A stretch of 62,867 nucleotides of DNA, counting the filler, from Octopus bimaculoides (taxonomy: Eukaryota): assembly GCF_001194135.2 (NCBI RefSeq). It is 4 parts of 3 records of this genome, joined end to end, with 100 filler letters (N's around TTAATTAATTAA, not from the genome) between each part and the next. Parts side by side here need not be neighbours in the genome. Positions count along the whole stretch, not along the records: positions 1 to 19,007 come from NC_068982.1; positions 19,108 to 48,478 come from NC_068983.1; 2 more parts are not named here. One strand, 5' to 3'. A program made the position numbers and the translations under genes. Each line of letters begins with the position of its first letter. Position 1 is the stretch's first letter. This document shows positions 13,081 to 26,450 of this stretch, piece after piece. The notes beneath the pieces were generated by a model. It was not told the origin of the DNA and did not search any database. It worked only from the letters and a program-made list of their open reading frames with translations.

Positions 13081-16000
13081 CATACATTTTGTCTTTTATT
13101 TATTGAATTTGTAGATAAACATTAATACTCGTATACTTCTAATTGAAAGAGAATCCAATGTAATGATGCGGGAGAATTGGAGACTGTATCAATCAGAGAA
13201 AAAATGTTCTTAATCGTCCGGTCAACAGAAATACTATTTTAAAGTTGATCAATTTATTATAAATAACAATAGGACAAAGTAATAAATATATGTTCATATA
13301 TACGCTTTATGTAGAAATTTTATCTTATTTTCTTTCGTTCTATCAATCTGATTTTAATTATTTCATCTAGAGCTGAGGATCGTTTGGAATTATCATAATA
13401 TTTCCACTTAACTTGATTAATCGATATTGATTCATAATTCTTCTTTATTATGCCAAGAGTTTGTTCAACAAATACATTTAAATCTAACATCTTAATTTCT
13501 TCTATCGGCAGGAAGGTAGGACACTTATACTGATCTAATGTTGGTGCATAATAATCACACGCATCTCTGTCATCATTAGTTCAGAACATAATCCTTTCCG
13601 TTTCAGAATTTAATTTGATAAATCTGATTGTAAATTTCGAATCTTTTCTTGTTTCTTCAAATGTAATTCTTTAAGATTGGTGTTTAATATGTTACATCAA
13701 ACATGAAAACGTAAGATATTTATATGTATATTTTATATGACTAAAATATGAAAACATATGAATACTAATTTCTTAGCCTGTTACAAATAAACCGTATCGT
13801 TAAAAAAAAATATGTCAAAATTTCTCTGTTAAGATCCATGAAATATAGTTTGGAAGAAAACTCTTTAGTGTAATATTCTTGTTGTTATTTAGTATCGGTT
13901 TGTCTCAAATAAAAGTGAAGTAGTATATAGCAAATCAGAAGTAAAGCTTTTAAAATACGGCCCCTTCAAACACATGTAAATGGATCATTATGTATCAGTT
14001 AGGAATCATTTAGTCTACAGTTTTTCTAAAAGTAATACATAATTAGTAAAACATGATGTTTAATTATTTCATGCATTCAAAAACGCGAATAGAGCTTACA
14101 ACAAATAAAATTAGAAGTGCATGATGTTAGCACGAATAAACTGAGAGTGGGAATACATACTTATTAATTTAAACGTGCTCTGGTCGATTATTTAGATGTA
14201 TCCGCTTAGTAGAAAGAGATATTTGAATAGGAGACAGTTGTTTTCTTATTACCACAATTGACAGACTGTTTATAAAATACAGGAGGATTTTAAACATTCT
14301 ATTTTACAAGGAAGTCAACTTGTCGCGGCCTTGATGGTCATTTATCGTGGGGAAGACAATTCCTTCCAGATTAAGTTAAGGCGGGAAGATGAAATTATAA
14401 ACCAAAGCGGAAGTAAATTTCGCAGCGTATGCACATTCAATATTTCTTTTTCCTGTACATTATAGGGAGCTTAAAATTTCCCGTCTTAGGTTGATTTGTT
14501 CGGTGTCATTTCATTCGTATTCAAAGTCGTCAGCACGACATAGCCAGTGTCAAATATGAAGCTGTGGAATTCTTATAGAGAGATTTTAATTTACAGTTAA
14601 AGAGGGCTTCATAAGATATTTATTGTTCTTTGTGATTTATCATAATTAACAATTTTTCAATAGTATGAAAAGAAATAGAGAGCGGAATTTCTTGCATAGA
14701 TATTAATATTTCCAGAGATGTCTGTTTGAAAATGTTTTTCTTGTAGTTACAATTATTGCTTCCATTAAAAGGAATTTCACCAGCCGTTTTTCGTATCTCC
14801 TCAGCGGGTAGAGACAAAGGTATCAACCTGCAGTTGCATCGCGTTTTATCCCCCATTATGAGATCCAAGAGAGTTTCTTCGCGTTCATTTTGCCAGGACA
14901 GTCGTCGCCAGTTTATGTGTTTATCTTGGAGAATTAAAGCTAGAGTAATTTACAACGTGCTGAACTTCTGGTAGTCAGCAATCGTCGGCATAATTTCTTG
15001 TAGATTAAATTAAGTTAGGTATTTGGAAGTTTCAATTTAAATTAGAGTAAAGAACAGAGTGCACAAAACAAACACATATACTATATCCTTTCGCTTTACA
15101 TTATAAAAATCTTAACCTTGCTTCCAGTCAGTGATGCTCTTGTATAGCGCCATTTCATCTTCCTTTTAGAATCGTCAGCATGACATAATTGGAGGCGAAT
15201 AAATTACTCTAAATTAAATACTTTTATCTCATTTTCATTTTTCGTATCGTTTTTAGATTTAAATGCATGTTTCACTCCTTTATTTTATTGCTTTTGCTTA
15301 TTATTGTGTTTTTCCATTTTAGGTTACTTGTTCTTTATCCTTTATCTTTTGACTGTATATTATCTTATGAAATCTTGATTTCCTTATCTGCTGCTAATCT
15401 CTACTGCTGTTCATTTCTACTTTGTATTTGTTCATTTCTACTTTCATTTGTGCTTACTAGTCTTTAGTGTTTCTATTTGTAAATTCATTTATTGCGTCGC
15501 CATTCGCTATTTGAACCCCCACCTAAGTACTACATCAATACGTATTACCTGTGCAGTTATTTACAATGTAATTCGCCATGGTTCTATGGCTTAGAAGTGC
15601 AATATATTCAACCTGTTTCATATTTCGATTTCTTCATAGGATGAGCTGCCTTCTTCCATGAAACGATAGCAATAATGGACTCGAAATATCAATAACTAGA
15701 TTTCTGTAATTCTTTCAAATATATAACACTTTGCTATGACAAAACCAACATCGACCAATTTATACACTGCTATGCGCTTTATAGGAATAAGGTTAATATA
15801 GCATGAAGTGATTTGAATATTGAAATTCAATTCGTGTAGTCACATGTTTAGATATGAGTTGAATTACTTGGGTCGACGATAAAGCAGTCCCCTAACAAGG
15901 GAAAGCATGGAGGTAACAATAAATATTGTATACGTATAAAGTAGGTTAAGCAACAATTAGAAACGTTATGTATACCACTAGCTCGAATGATTGCTCGGAG

Positions 16001-16253
16001 TTTTCTGGATGCAATAAATATAAGTTATAATAGAAAAGAAAAAGAAAAATAACGAGAAACAGACGAGCCGTTAATGTGCGTAGACATTGTGTGTTTGTGT
16101 GCGCGCGTGTGTTTGTGTGAGTGTGTGTGTGTGTATGTGTGTGTACATGTGCGTGTGTATACGTGTGTGTAACCTATATAGTATCTTTATAAACGACAAA
16201 TTTAGCTTCCTCTCTGTAGACTGAAAAGAAGTTGAACATCCTAACGATCTTCT

Positions 16254-16311
<58 letters not shown>

Positions 16312-17086
16312 ATATATATATATATATATATATATAATGTATATATATTATGTATATATATATATATTTGTATATAAATATAAATAGATAGATAGATAAA
16401 TATATCTGTCACATACCTGTGATAAATAAAAGAATATAGAGACAGAAAAAATAAATGAATAAGACTATATAAATGGCATGGATACACACAACATACGAAG
16501 TGAACCCATATATACACACAAACACACACTCATGAAATTTCTTGGACGGCCATAGCAATGTCAACAACACAACTAAGAACGTCAGCAACAGCGGCGGTAC
16601 CTGTGGTGGCAATAGCAACAACTACCACGATGGCATCACCGTGAGCGAACACACATACCAGAGGAATATGAGAACTGCACCATATTTTTTTTCTGGTCTT
16701 GGGATAGCAGCAGCACAACGGGATAAGAGGATGCGGGCTGAGGGGAAGGCCACACTATGATACATACACGCACGCACGCACACACACACACACACAAGCA
16801 TACCCACAGATACACACACGTTCACACACACACACACTAAGAAAAAAGGATTCAGATGCATGCGCATATAAGGATACACATCTTAGAAGAACAGAGTAGT
16901 GTATGTGGTGTAAGAACATACACGAAAATGAAAGAAATACAGGTGGGAAGATATTAAGCTTATGTATACGATTAACTGAACCCGCTAATCAGGAAATGCA
17001 CGTTGCATTAAATATACGGTCTATAATATACTTCGTATCACGCGAGGAGCAGTTTCCCAGAGTGGTGAATTTTAAATAAATAACAG

Positions 17087-17445
17087 ATAGATAATGTGTC
17101 AATTCACTACAGCTGTTTCCAATGAATTTTCAATTGATTAATGAAGACATTACATCATTAGAAAAAAAAAACGATTTCGTCAGGTAAATACACGAACCAC
17201 AACGTTTAGAAACAGTGAATAATCAACGGCACACGCACCTTCATGATTCTACGAACGTTGCTGGTAAAATCATGGCTCGTAGGATTATAAAGGTGCACTT
17301 ACCGTTGATTGTTGAATGTTTCTGAATGTTCTGGTTTATGTACTTACCTGAAGAAGTGGGTTTTTTCTAATGATGAAATGTCTAAATTAATTAATTCAAA
17401 CTTCGTTAGAAACAGCCGTAGTGAATTGACACATGATCCATCTAT
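17087..17445. mobile_element. Fold-back (palindromic) MITE-like element, two ~168-bp arms
   Basis: 17087-17254 aligns along its whole length to the reverse complement of 17277-17445, e.g. gtgtcaattcactacagctgtttc / gaaacagccgtagtgaattgacac; 22-nt spacer. Confidence 0.75.
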
Positions 17446-18655
17446 TGTGATATATAAATATATATATATATATATATATGTATGTGCGTGTGTTTGTGTG
17501 TGTATGTGTGTGTAAATACAATATGTGCGGTTTATAGAATATATATGATATAATAATAAATGTAGAAACCAAACGATTGTGCCTATATAAGAAACTTATT
17601 TAAAAGACTTAATTCTTAAAAATTCCTTCAGAACAACTGTTTCCTATTTTAGAGAAATATATAATTATAACTGAATATCTTCTGATATATCATTCAAAAA
17701 CATTAGCGATTTGATGGATTAAATAAAAAATAACAATATTTATTTCTACGCATGTAAAGTAAAACATTTGAAACTTTTTACTTGAATGTTCTGTATGAGA
17801 TTAATGTGCGTACAAGGTTGATCATGCATTAGATATAAGATTCCAAAGAAGGTAGGATAGTGTATGTGAGGTGTAGTCACGTTTTTATTACACAACTCCC
17901 AACTCGGCTAAAACATTTAACAAGTTCTAATCATTCAATACCTCATATCATTATATAACTCTAGAAAAACCAATATGAACACAAATCATTTATCGATTTC
18001 TCTTTGCCGTAAATATAATTTTATGGCAAGTTAGTTCACAGCACAAGAGGTCTGAAAATCTTATATAGACATTATATTTTGTTGTAATGCACCTGAAACA
18101 AACGCATAAATGTTTCTTTAAGATGTGTATTATATTCTTCGTTGTGTTTATTTTGTACAAAAGTATAATTTGTTTCTGTTAAGATTTTATTCCATTACAC
18201 GATGTAAAATAGTGATTCACTAAAATGCAAGCAAGTCACAGATTCTACAGATTGAGGTTAAAACAACATTGTTGTTTCAGAATGTTTGGCCGAGTTGGCG
18301 AATTTGGAACTACGAGACGATATTTGTCAGAATAATGGCGAAAGTGATGGTTTCATAGGCTTTTGTGAGGTCATTTCTCCTGGTGATTTATAGTAGAGTA
18401 TCAGGTGAGTAGAGACTAAAATACCAATTTACGAATGTCAAAATGACAGGAGCTACGTAATAATTTTCATTAGTTCAGCTTTCTGCCCAATATAGGAAAC
18501 AATACACTCAAGTAGTAAAATGAAGTGATTACGTTAGTCTTCGACTTTTGTCTTTTCAACCATGAACTGATACACATCTGTCTCTCTCTCTCTCTTTCTC
18601 ATAAACACATGCACACACACACAAACACACACACACACACACATAAATACATACA

Positions 18656-18691
<36 letters not shown>

Positions 18692-18713
18692 TATATACAC
18701 ACACACATATACA

Positions 18714-19007
18714 CATGAAACAAATTCAATCCTACTGAGCTTTGATGTAGTAAGCCTATACACAAATATCCCACATGATTTAGGAATAAAAGCGGTGGAA
18801 TACTGGGTAGGCAAACACAGAGAAGCAATTCCCAACAGGTACACGGTGACATTTATACTAGAATCAGTGAGACTTATCCTGGAAAATAATACGTTCTTCT
18901 TCAATGGAAAGAACTATATCCAAATTAAAGGCACGGCTATAGGAACGAGGTTTGCTCCAGTTTATGCGAACTCGGTGATGGGTTACTTGGAACAAAAACT
19001 CTACCAG
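18714..19007 (+). mobile_element. Penelope-like element reverse transcriptase fragment
   Basis: Open frame ILLSFDVVSLYTNIPHDLG...LILENNTFFFNGKNYIQIKGTAIGTRFAPVYAN matches PLE RT motifs; cut by the scaffold spacer. Confidence 0.88.
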
Positions 19008-19107
19008 NNNNNNNNNNNNNNNNNNNNNNNNNNNNNNNNNNNNNNNNNNNNTTAATTAATTAANNNNNNNNNNNNNNNNNNNNNNNNNNNNNNNNNNNNN
19101 NNNNNNN
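19008..19107. other. Artificial 100-bp assembly spacer N44-TTAATTAATTAA-N44
   Basis: The 12-mer (19052-19063) has stops in all six frames; identical construct at 48479 and 57962. Confidence 0.92.
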
Positions 19108-19343
19108 GGCACATAAAAGACACCATTTCGAGCGTGGCCGTTTTCGTGCGGGTGACACGTAAAAGCACCCACTACACTCTCTGAGTGGTTGGCGTTAGGA
19201 AGGGCATCCAGCTGTAGAAACTCTGCCAAATCAGACTGGAGCCTGGTGTTGCCATCCGGTTTCACCAGTCCTCAGTCAGATCGTCCAACCCATGCTAGCA
19301 TGGAAAGCGGACGTTAAACGATGATGATGATGATGATGATGAT
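19108..19343 (+). mobile_element. Family B repeat (RTE 3' end/SINE) with (GAT)n tail
   Basis: Ends ...aacccatgctagcatggaaagcggacgttaaacg(atg)n; near-identical to 48579-48795 and the 3' part of 45712-46113. Confidence 0.85.
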
Positions 19344-19785
19344 GTAAATAAAAGACAAAAATTAAGAATCATGAAATTTGATTTCAGAATAGTGTTGTTT
19401 AAAATGATCAAGTGTTTAAAGCTGAATATGTTAGGGATATGTTTTCCCTCCTAAGCATACATGTTGTCAAACATGTGGGCTACTATTATTCTGAAAATAC
19501 CCGTGCTATCCAGTTTTGACATATTCTATAGAAGGGTAAATAATGGTGCATTATAACAATTGATCTCAGGACTGGTGAAGTTGATCCAGGTGAGACTTGA
19601 ACCCATAATGGAGAAGTGTGAAACTATATGCAAGATGTTATCATTGTAAAACTTTGATTGTGATTCTAATTAGTAGCAGAAGAGGTAATTATTGTGGTTG
19701 TTTAGTAGTAGGTCAGTGATGATAATCTTGTATTTCATTCAGATATAAGTGCATCTAGGACTACATTGTTTCATCTGTCCTTCAC

Positions 19786-21597
19786 CATCGTTGTCATTTA
19801 ACATCCGCCTTCCATGTTGGCATCGGTCGGATGGTTTGACAGGAGCTGCTTCAGCAGAAGACTGCACCAGGTTTCAGTGTCTGTTTTGGCATGGTTTTTG
19901 TTGTGGCTGGGAGTCCTTCCAAACACTGATCACCCGGCAGAGGGGACTGAGTGCTTTTTACAGGGCACCAGCACTGGCAAGATCCACCAAGTAACTTGCA
20001 AGACAAAGATCCTTTGAGAAGGGGGGGGCTTTGGAGGAGGTGATCTTGTGCCAGATGATGAAAGGTTAGAATGTGACAGAGAGAGAGAGAGAGATAGAAA
20101 GAGTGTGTGTGTGTGTGAGTGAGTAATCAAGAATGAGGATAGAAACAGGTGTGTTGCTGTAGAAGAGATACATGGTTACCCAGCCAGAGGGAAGAGCAAA
20201 AGAGAGAGAGAGAGAGCAGGAGAGAGATGGAGGTGAAGTGCCAGGGCATAGTCACAGGGAACAGGGATCAGAATATAAATGGGATGGAATTGCCAAAGGT
20301 GCATAAGTAGGAGGTAGAGAGACTTCACGTAGAGTGGTGGTGGGGAGGGGATGTAGTGATTGGCGAAACTTGGGGTGGGGGACTACAGGATAGCAATGAT
20401 GTAGTGAGTAGGGCCATGAGGACAGGATTGGGATGCAAGAGATAAGCATAATGCATGAAAAGAGGAAATGTGTGGAAGAGATGTAGTTTGGTTTGTTGGG
20501 TGTGTGAAAAGTGTTACTGCTACATGTGGGTAGAGTGTACATCGCTTCTGGAAGTCAGTTTCACTGAAGTGGAAAGGTCTTCTCAAGAACCTTATATATC
20601 AGCAAACATCTCGATCCATTGTCATCTCCTCTGTGAGGCTCAACATCCTGAGATCGGTCCTCACCATTTCATCCCATGTCTTCCTGGGTCTCCCTCTTCC
20701 ACAGGTGTCATTCACTTTCAGTGATTGGTACTTCTTTGTATAGCTGTCTTCATTCATACACATCACACGTCCAAACCAACAGAGTCTTCTCTCTCGCAAG
20801 CTGTATCTGATTCCTCTTATGTCCAACATTTCTCTCAACAAATTTGCACTTTGTTGTACATGCACACTGATGTTGCATCTCCAGTGGATCATACTGCCTT
20901 CATTTCTCTCCAGTCTGCGCATGTGTTCTACATTCAGAGCCTATGTCTCACAACCATGGAGTGTAGCCATTCATACACAAGCATCATACAATCTAACTTT
21001 CACTGAGAGAAAGTCCTTTTGTTGCCAACAGAGGTAACAGCTCTCGGAACTTCCTTCACCATTGTTAATTTGGTCATCTAGGTAACAAGAACTATCTACA
21101 ACCTCAAGAAAGCCTCCTGGACATTCGAGAGAGTCTAATTCCTGTGTGTCCTTAGTGCTTATTGTTCCTGCACATCTGAAGACAACTTTATTTGTTAATC
21201 TACCTGTGATTCCACTGCACCTGTTATGTGTCCTTAACTTACACTGGGTGCAGCGAATGAAATTACTTCCAACTCCTTTCTTACATACTGAGCAGGGCCA
21301 TTTACCTGATGGAAAGAGGATCGTATCTGTTTTCTTGCTAACAACAACTTAGGTTTTTGCAAAGTTAACTTTAAGGCCTTTTGATTCCAGGTTTTGCTTC
21401 CATACCTGGAATTTCTTCTCCAATTCTACTACAGATTCCAGAATAAGAGTGAAGCCATCAGCATATAGCAGTTCCCACAGGCATCGAGTTTTGAATTCCT
21501 CTGTTATGACCCGGAAGACTATCATGAAGAAGAGGGGGCTGAGAACTGAGCCCTGGTGACCCCCTACTTGTATGCTAAATTCATCACTGTATTCCAT
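19786..21597 (-). mobile_element. 5'-truncated RTE-clade LINE: RT core, C-terminus and long 3' UTR ending in a family B tail
   Basis: VGGHQGSVLSPLFF...WELLYADG (RT motifs) at 21349-21597; RRLCWFGRV...RGRPRKTWDEMV at 20599-20922; 3' UTR continues to ggaaggcggatgttaaatgacaacgatg. Confidence 0.85.
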
Positions 21598-21599
21598 CA

Positions 21600-21735
21600 G
21601 GAATCACTGCTGAGATGCTTAAAAAACCTAGTGCTGTGAGTTATGCTCTAGTTACCTGTCTAGTTAATCAGGTTGTACACAAGAAAGTTGCACCCAATGA
21701 CTGGTGTAGCAGCATCATAGTCATCTGCTACTAGT
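21600..21735 (+). mobile_element. RTE fragment in opposite orientation, abutting the previous element
   Basis: ITAEMLK...LVTCLVNQVVHKKVAPNDWCSSIIVICY; homologous to ~46470-46590. Confidence 0.7.
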
Positions 21736-21852
21736 GTGTAGCCCCACCCTGTTAGAAATCATCAATATTCTGCTCTATACTGCAGCCCATCTTTCATGTC
21801 CTGGCAAATCTGTAACAAATTCCATGAGGACAAATGTGCAGAAGCTACTGAC

Positions 21853-21993
21853 CTGGTGGTTCCAGTTTCTTTAAGATATTTCTCTTTTTCTTCATCATCC
21901 ATATCAAGTAATTTCATCTCTAAAGCACAGCTGAATGGTATGAGTAGGGCACCACTGTCGTGGCTGTCAATCCAGGCTTTCAGCTTGGGGAGC
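21853..21993 (-). CDS. OLA1: OLA1 coding exon 8: (W)LPKLKAWIDSHDSGALLIPFSCALEMKLLDMDDEEKEKYLKETGTT(S)
   Basis: Acceptor ttttatcgaaag|g, donor ag|gtcagt; 141 nt; G5-region IPFS. Last exon found; TGS-domain exons not located. Confidence 0.95.
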
Positions 21994-23547
21994 CTTTCGA
22001 TAAAACAACAAGCAATAATTATCAAAAACACATGAGTATCACTCTAACCCTAACAATATAGCAGCAAATAAAGAATTTCTTACAATTATAAAGATTGGTT
22101 AAGTTTTACAATTCTCAAAAGACCTACAACATCCAAACAAAATGGTTAATCTTATGTCAAAAAACAAAAGGACAAACAGTCAATAAAATAAAATATAACT
22201 TTCCCATTACCCGCTTGCCAATGACTGCCCCTTATTCTATAATAAAAACTTTTAGTTTATCACCCTATCATGTTATGCTCCCATTATAACACAAGTGGGA
22301 TCTCTACCAGATTCCTGTTAAAGCAGTAATGAACAACAAATGTAGAAAAAGAAGATAAAATACTTAAAACAGACAACTGATTGTGTTGTAGCTTTGTAGT
22401 CACATGTGTTTATGATCCAGTGTTAATGATGTCCCCAGTAACTGTTGTTTGCTTTTGTTTTTAATTGAAAAAAATGGGGGTCCTTTTGCAATGAAACAAG
22501 TGTGTGACGAACGCAGCACTTTGTCTGGTAAACAAGCAAGGCCTAGACTCTTTGAAATTGAAATCATTGATGATATCTATTCTTCAGACAAAGAGTTTAC
22601 ACTTACACAGGCAATGGGAGTGAGATTTGGACAATCAAACTAGTGAAAGTGATAAGGAAACTAGCAATTTGGGTGAACAAATACGAAAGTTGTGAGATAA
22701 GCCTATCATTATTCTCTTGAAATGTTTTTTTGTGATTCTGTCCGTTAGTCTGCCTGCAATTGTTACTTTCAAGCTGTTCATGCAACTATTTATATTTGTG
22801 TTCAAGAGCCCAGGTGGATGGTAAAGTTAGATACAGGAGCCCAAATCTAAGAGGATTAAGAAAATTAAAATTAAAACCTTCTTTTAAATGTTCTTCATGA
22901 TAATTTATGTACTAGCAAACATCAACTTAAACAAGTGCAAAGTTATTTTAATAGATTCTTCTTTATTTTCAAAATTAATTGAAACAAAGAGTGTATTTCA
23001 AGAGAAAGACAGCAACAAATGGACTAATATATTATAAGTAAAATCAAGATCTAATCAGCAAACTGTTGCTGAGATTGAGCTAGTTTCTCTCATTCTGAAT
23101 CCGGATGTCTTAACATATTTACATACTGGAGAAATTCAGAATTATTACAATTTACAGAGCAAAAAGTTGAGGGAAAGAATCAAATTTCTGTTATTACACA
23201 ATATCCAAGAAATAGCAGTTAAATACCCTGAATTATGCTCTTATGTCTTAAAACAATGGATAATATTGGCTATAGTAATTATAGATACATTATGCCTGGG
23301 AAAAAGATAGGACTGTTACAGGTGAAATACCTTTTACCAAAGATCTGCTTTAATCAGGACTGAACTGGTTTCAAAGAAGACCTAAATAAAAGGCTGTTTC
23401 CAAGTAAGGTAACGCTTCCCCACAGTTGGACATGTCTTCACAGGGAAACTGGAAATGAGCATCACCACTTGTATGATTGGAGATGCTTATTTACAACCAT
23501 CACATATGATTTCAAGACAAGCAGATACAAACACACACACATACGTA

Positions 23548-24465
23548 CAAAGTGGTATCAAAAAGCTCATGGATTAGTTCTGTAGTGTACTAAAAGATGG
23601 CAGCACATGGTTGCATGCAAAGTGAGAGCTAGCAATGACCTTCATGAGGCAGTGTGTACTGAGTGACATCACTGTATTTATTTCACAAGTTGTGAAATTT
23701 GTGTTTCTGCAATCATATGTACGTTGCAGTCTGTGATTTTGTCATGGACAGGAAGAAAGAGCCCATGTGAAATTTGGGGTCAAATTTGGGAAGTCTGCTA
23801 CAGAGACCTTGAGCATGCTTTGGCAAGCTTACAAACAATACGGCAATGGGTCGTATGCAATATTTCGAGTGACACAGGTACTTCAAAAGTGAAAGAGAGT
23901 CCCTGGAAGACAATGGGTGATCTGGAAAACCTGCCAGAAATGTGGTGTTGTGCATCAAGAATTCAGTCCCCCAGGGCCAGACCGTCAATCAAAAGTTCCA
24001 CTGGAACATTTTGAAGTGTCTGAGGAAGGGGGGGGGGGCATTCAGCGAAAGCGATCAGTTCTGTGGAGTGCAAAGAATTGGATTCTTCACGACAACAATG
24101 CATCCTGTCACCAAACTCTCCTTCCTCGTGAGTTTCTCACCAAAACCACCATGGAACCACTTCTACACCCACCCTAATCACCAGATTTTGCACCTGCAGA
24201 CTTCCATCTCTTCCTTAAGATGAAAATGCAGCTCAAAGGTCGCCGTTTTAATACCGTTGTCAAGATCAAGAGTGAATCACAGAAAGTCCTCAACTTGCTT
24301 ATGGAAAACGAATTCCAGGCTAGATTCCAAAAGTGGCAGGAACGCTAGGACCAGTGTATTGCTGTGCAAGGTGACTATTTCGAAGGAGATGATGTTAAAA
24401 CTTAAGGTAAATAAGTGACTTTTTAGTGAACATAACAAGTCATGGAACTTTTTAATACCACCTCA
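23548..24465 (+). mobile_element. Mariner-like DNA transposon relic, internally deleted, in an OLA1 intron
   Basis: TA-flanked imperfect TIRs (caaagtggtatcaaaaagctc / gaactttttaataccacctca). Transposase remnants KSATETL, GVVHQEF, WILHDNNASCH, HPP*SPDFAPADF. The segment that should hold the first catalytic Asp is missing near 23930. Confidence 0.85.
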
Positions 24466-25456
24466 TATATATACATATATACACAATGGGTTTCTTTCAG
24501 CTTAATTAGATGTAATCTACCATACTGTGAACCCTAACCCTGACCTTAATAGTAAATTCTTTGTCTCTTATGTTTTTAAATCCTAACTGGCTTAAATGTA
24601 TCTATCTCTGGCAGAAGTTACATTTGTCCATTTTGCATAAGGCTAGTGGATCAAACATATTCTGATTCAGTTTAATACCTAGCCTCTCGAGAGGGTCACT
24701 TGGGTTACTCTGGGGTTGAAGTGAGAAAGGATTCTACAGCCATATCATATTTCTCCCTACTACCTCTGATTTCATTTGCATTCAACAATAATGTCCCCTA
24801 CCTAAAATACTGTCAAAATCATAATAATTTAGTTTGCATCAAACTCTACTAGTGACAACATCTTTAATAAAGCTACATGGATAAATTTTTAACCAGGATG
24901 AAATCTGGATGCAGTCAAACCGATAGAATGTAAATGGACACCACATAACAAGATATCATCCATGCATCAGAAACATATGTTGGAGAGAGGTTTAAAGAGA
25001 AAATTCTGTATGAAAGACTATAATAAAAAAAAAAAACTGTGCAGATGTATAATTCTCCACTTTTATTTTAATGTTGTGAATATACACTTCATAAACTGCT
25101 TATAATTCAATGAAGTGAACTCAGGATTTACCCATTGAGTGAAATTCTGTGTGAATGTTTACCTTAAATAATCCAGTTATTCCATATCATTCAATGTGGT
25201 TAGTCATATTTTGGATTATACTAGAGTGCTTAAACAGTACCTGTCATATATATATATATATATATATCTTAATTTGTGTTGCTACGCAAACATAATTCTG
25301 TTTCCCTCTATTAGACTGACAAGAACCTTTACTATAGCAATCTAACCGTAAAAAAAAAAAAGGATCCAGCAATGTGTTGAAGTTAAAATTTGCAAAAACA
25401 ATCTCATAATCATAACAAGAAAATTAGAAAATAAACAAGCAAACAAATAAACTGAC

Positions 25457-25554
25457 CACTTGTTTTTCTTGCGAGTATAATCCTTTTCAGAGAGGTTGAC
25501 CAGATATATGACTGGTTTAGCAGTCAGCAAAAGATGCTTGTTTAAAACTTCAAG
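25457..25554 (-). CDS. OLA1: OLA1 coding exon 7: [32 protein letters not shown](W)
   Basis: Acceptor ttctcggcag|ctt, donor tg|gtcagt; 98 nt; carries the YchF-type variant G4 motif NLSE (ATP preference). Confidence 0.96.
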
Positions 25555-25683
25555 CTGCCGAGAAAAACAAACAATTTTTAATTATTATATCATAAGAAAC
25601 TATTTTATGAACAGTGTACGTTGGTGCCCCAACACACTGGCCCAATCTTTTAAAAATATAAAAAGGGAAAGATTATGACTCAC

Positions 25684-25758
25684 TTCTTTTATATCCCATA
25701 ACACTTTCCTTGGCAACTGGTTATTTTCTAAATGTTCAAGAATTTTTACTAGAGTTTC
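25684..25758 (-). CDS. OLA1: OLA1 coding exon 6: ETLVKILEHLENNQLPRKVLWDIKE
   Basis: Acceptor ttttatcag|gaa, donor gaa|gtgagt; 75 nt, phase 0/0; divergent coiled-coil segment keeping W..KE. Confidence 0.9.
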
Positions 25759-25896
25759 CTGATAAAAAAAATAAAATAAAATAAATGATAAGCTAAATAG
25801 AAAGAACGTCATTTTCTTTTCTCTGAAAAGAAATTTTGGTCATACTAAAAGTTAAGGTCAATCTTGATACTAAAACACCTTAAGAAACAAACCTAC

Positions 25897-26072
25897 ATAT
25901 TCTGGCTTCTTTTTCTTATCTGATCCTCTCAGCACTGACCGTTCTAAGCTCTCAATTTGCTTCTTCAAATAATCCAAGTCTTTAAAGCGCAGTTCGTCAT
26001 GAATGATGTCAAGATCACGAACAGGATCAACATCTCCTTCAACATGAACGATACTTTCTTCATCAAAGACTC
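25897..26072 (-). CDS. OLA1: OLA1 coding exon 5: (R)VFDEESIVHVEGDVDPVRDLDIIHDELRFKDLDYLKKQIESLERSVLRGSDKKKKPEY
   Basis: Acceptor ctttgtag|ga, donor tat|gtaggt; 176 nt; HVEG..DP.RD..II..EL motif and start of the coiled coil. Not in the supplied ORF track. Confidence 0.96.
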
Positions 26073-26450
26073 CTACAAAGACAGAAATATTTCATTAATG
26101 AAAAACATTTCATAGTTTGAAAGTCTTTAGTAAAGCAATACATTTTACTGGTTTCAATCATGGAAAATGAGAACAGAGTGTTACAACCACTTCTTACTTC
26201 ACGGTTAGGTGGTTAGGGCCAACAGGATCTTTATATAACATGAGTTTCTATGCTAGAAAGTCAATGAGAAACAAAGATTCCTCTGGATAAAGTGTTCAGT
26301 TACTGCAACTAATGCTTACAACAAAATTTGGAACTTAGTGACAAAGTATCAAAGTTGAGTTGTCTCTTATTTAAAAACAGCAACAGCAGCAACAACAACT
26401 ACTACTGTTACTGTTGCTACTCTGATAAAGTCAAAGATAAAAAAAAACTC

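Noticed and set aside
10468-13125. 270-330 aa ORFs in the track (also at 39900-41340)
   Set aside because: Mostly X from N gaps; only the Penelope RT part before 40269 is real.
14620-14960. Minus-strand open frame of about 110 codons (…EETLLDLIMGDKTRCNC…)
   Set aside because: No recognisable domain and no convincing splice sites in frame.
16530-16760. GC-richer N/S/G-rich ORF between microsatellites, possibly an exon
   Set aside because: Low-complexity triplets, no homology recognised and no clear splice signals.
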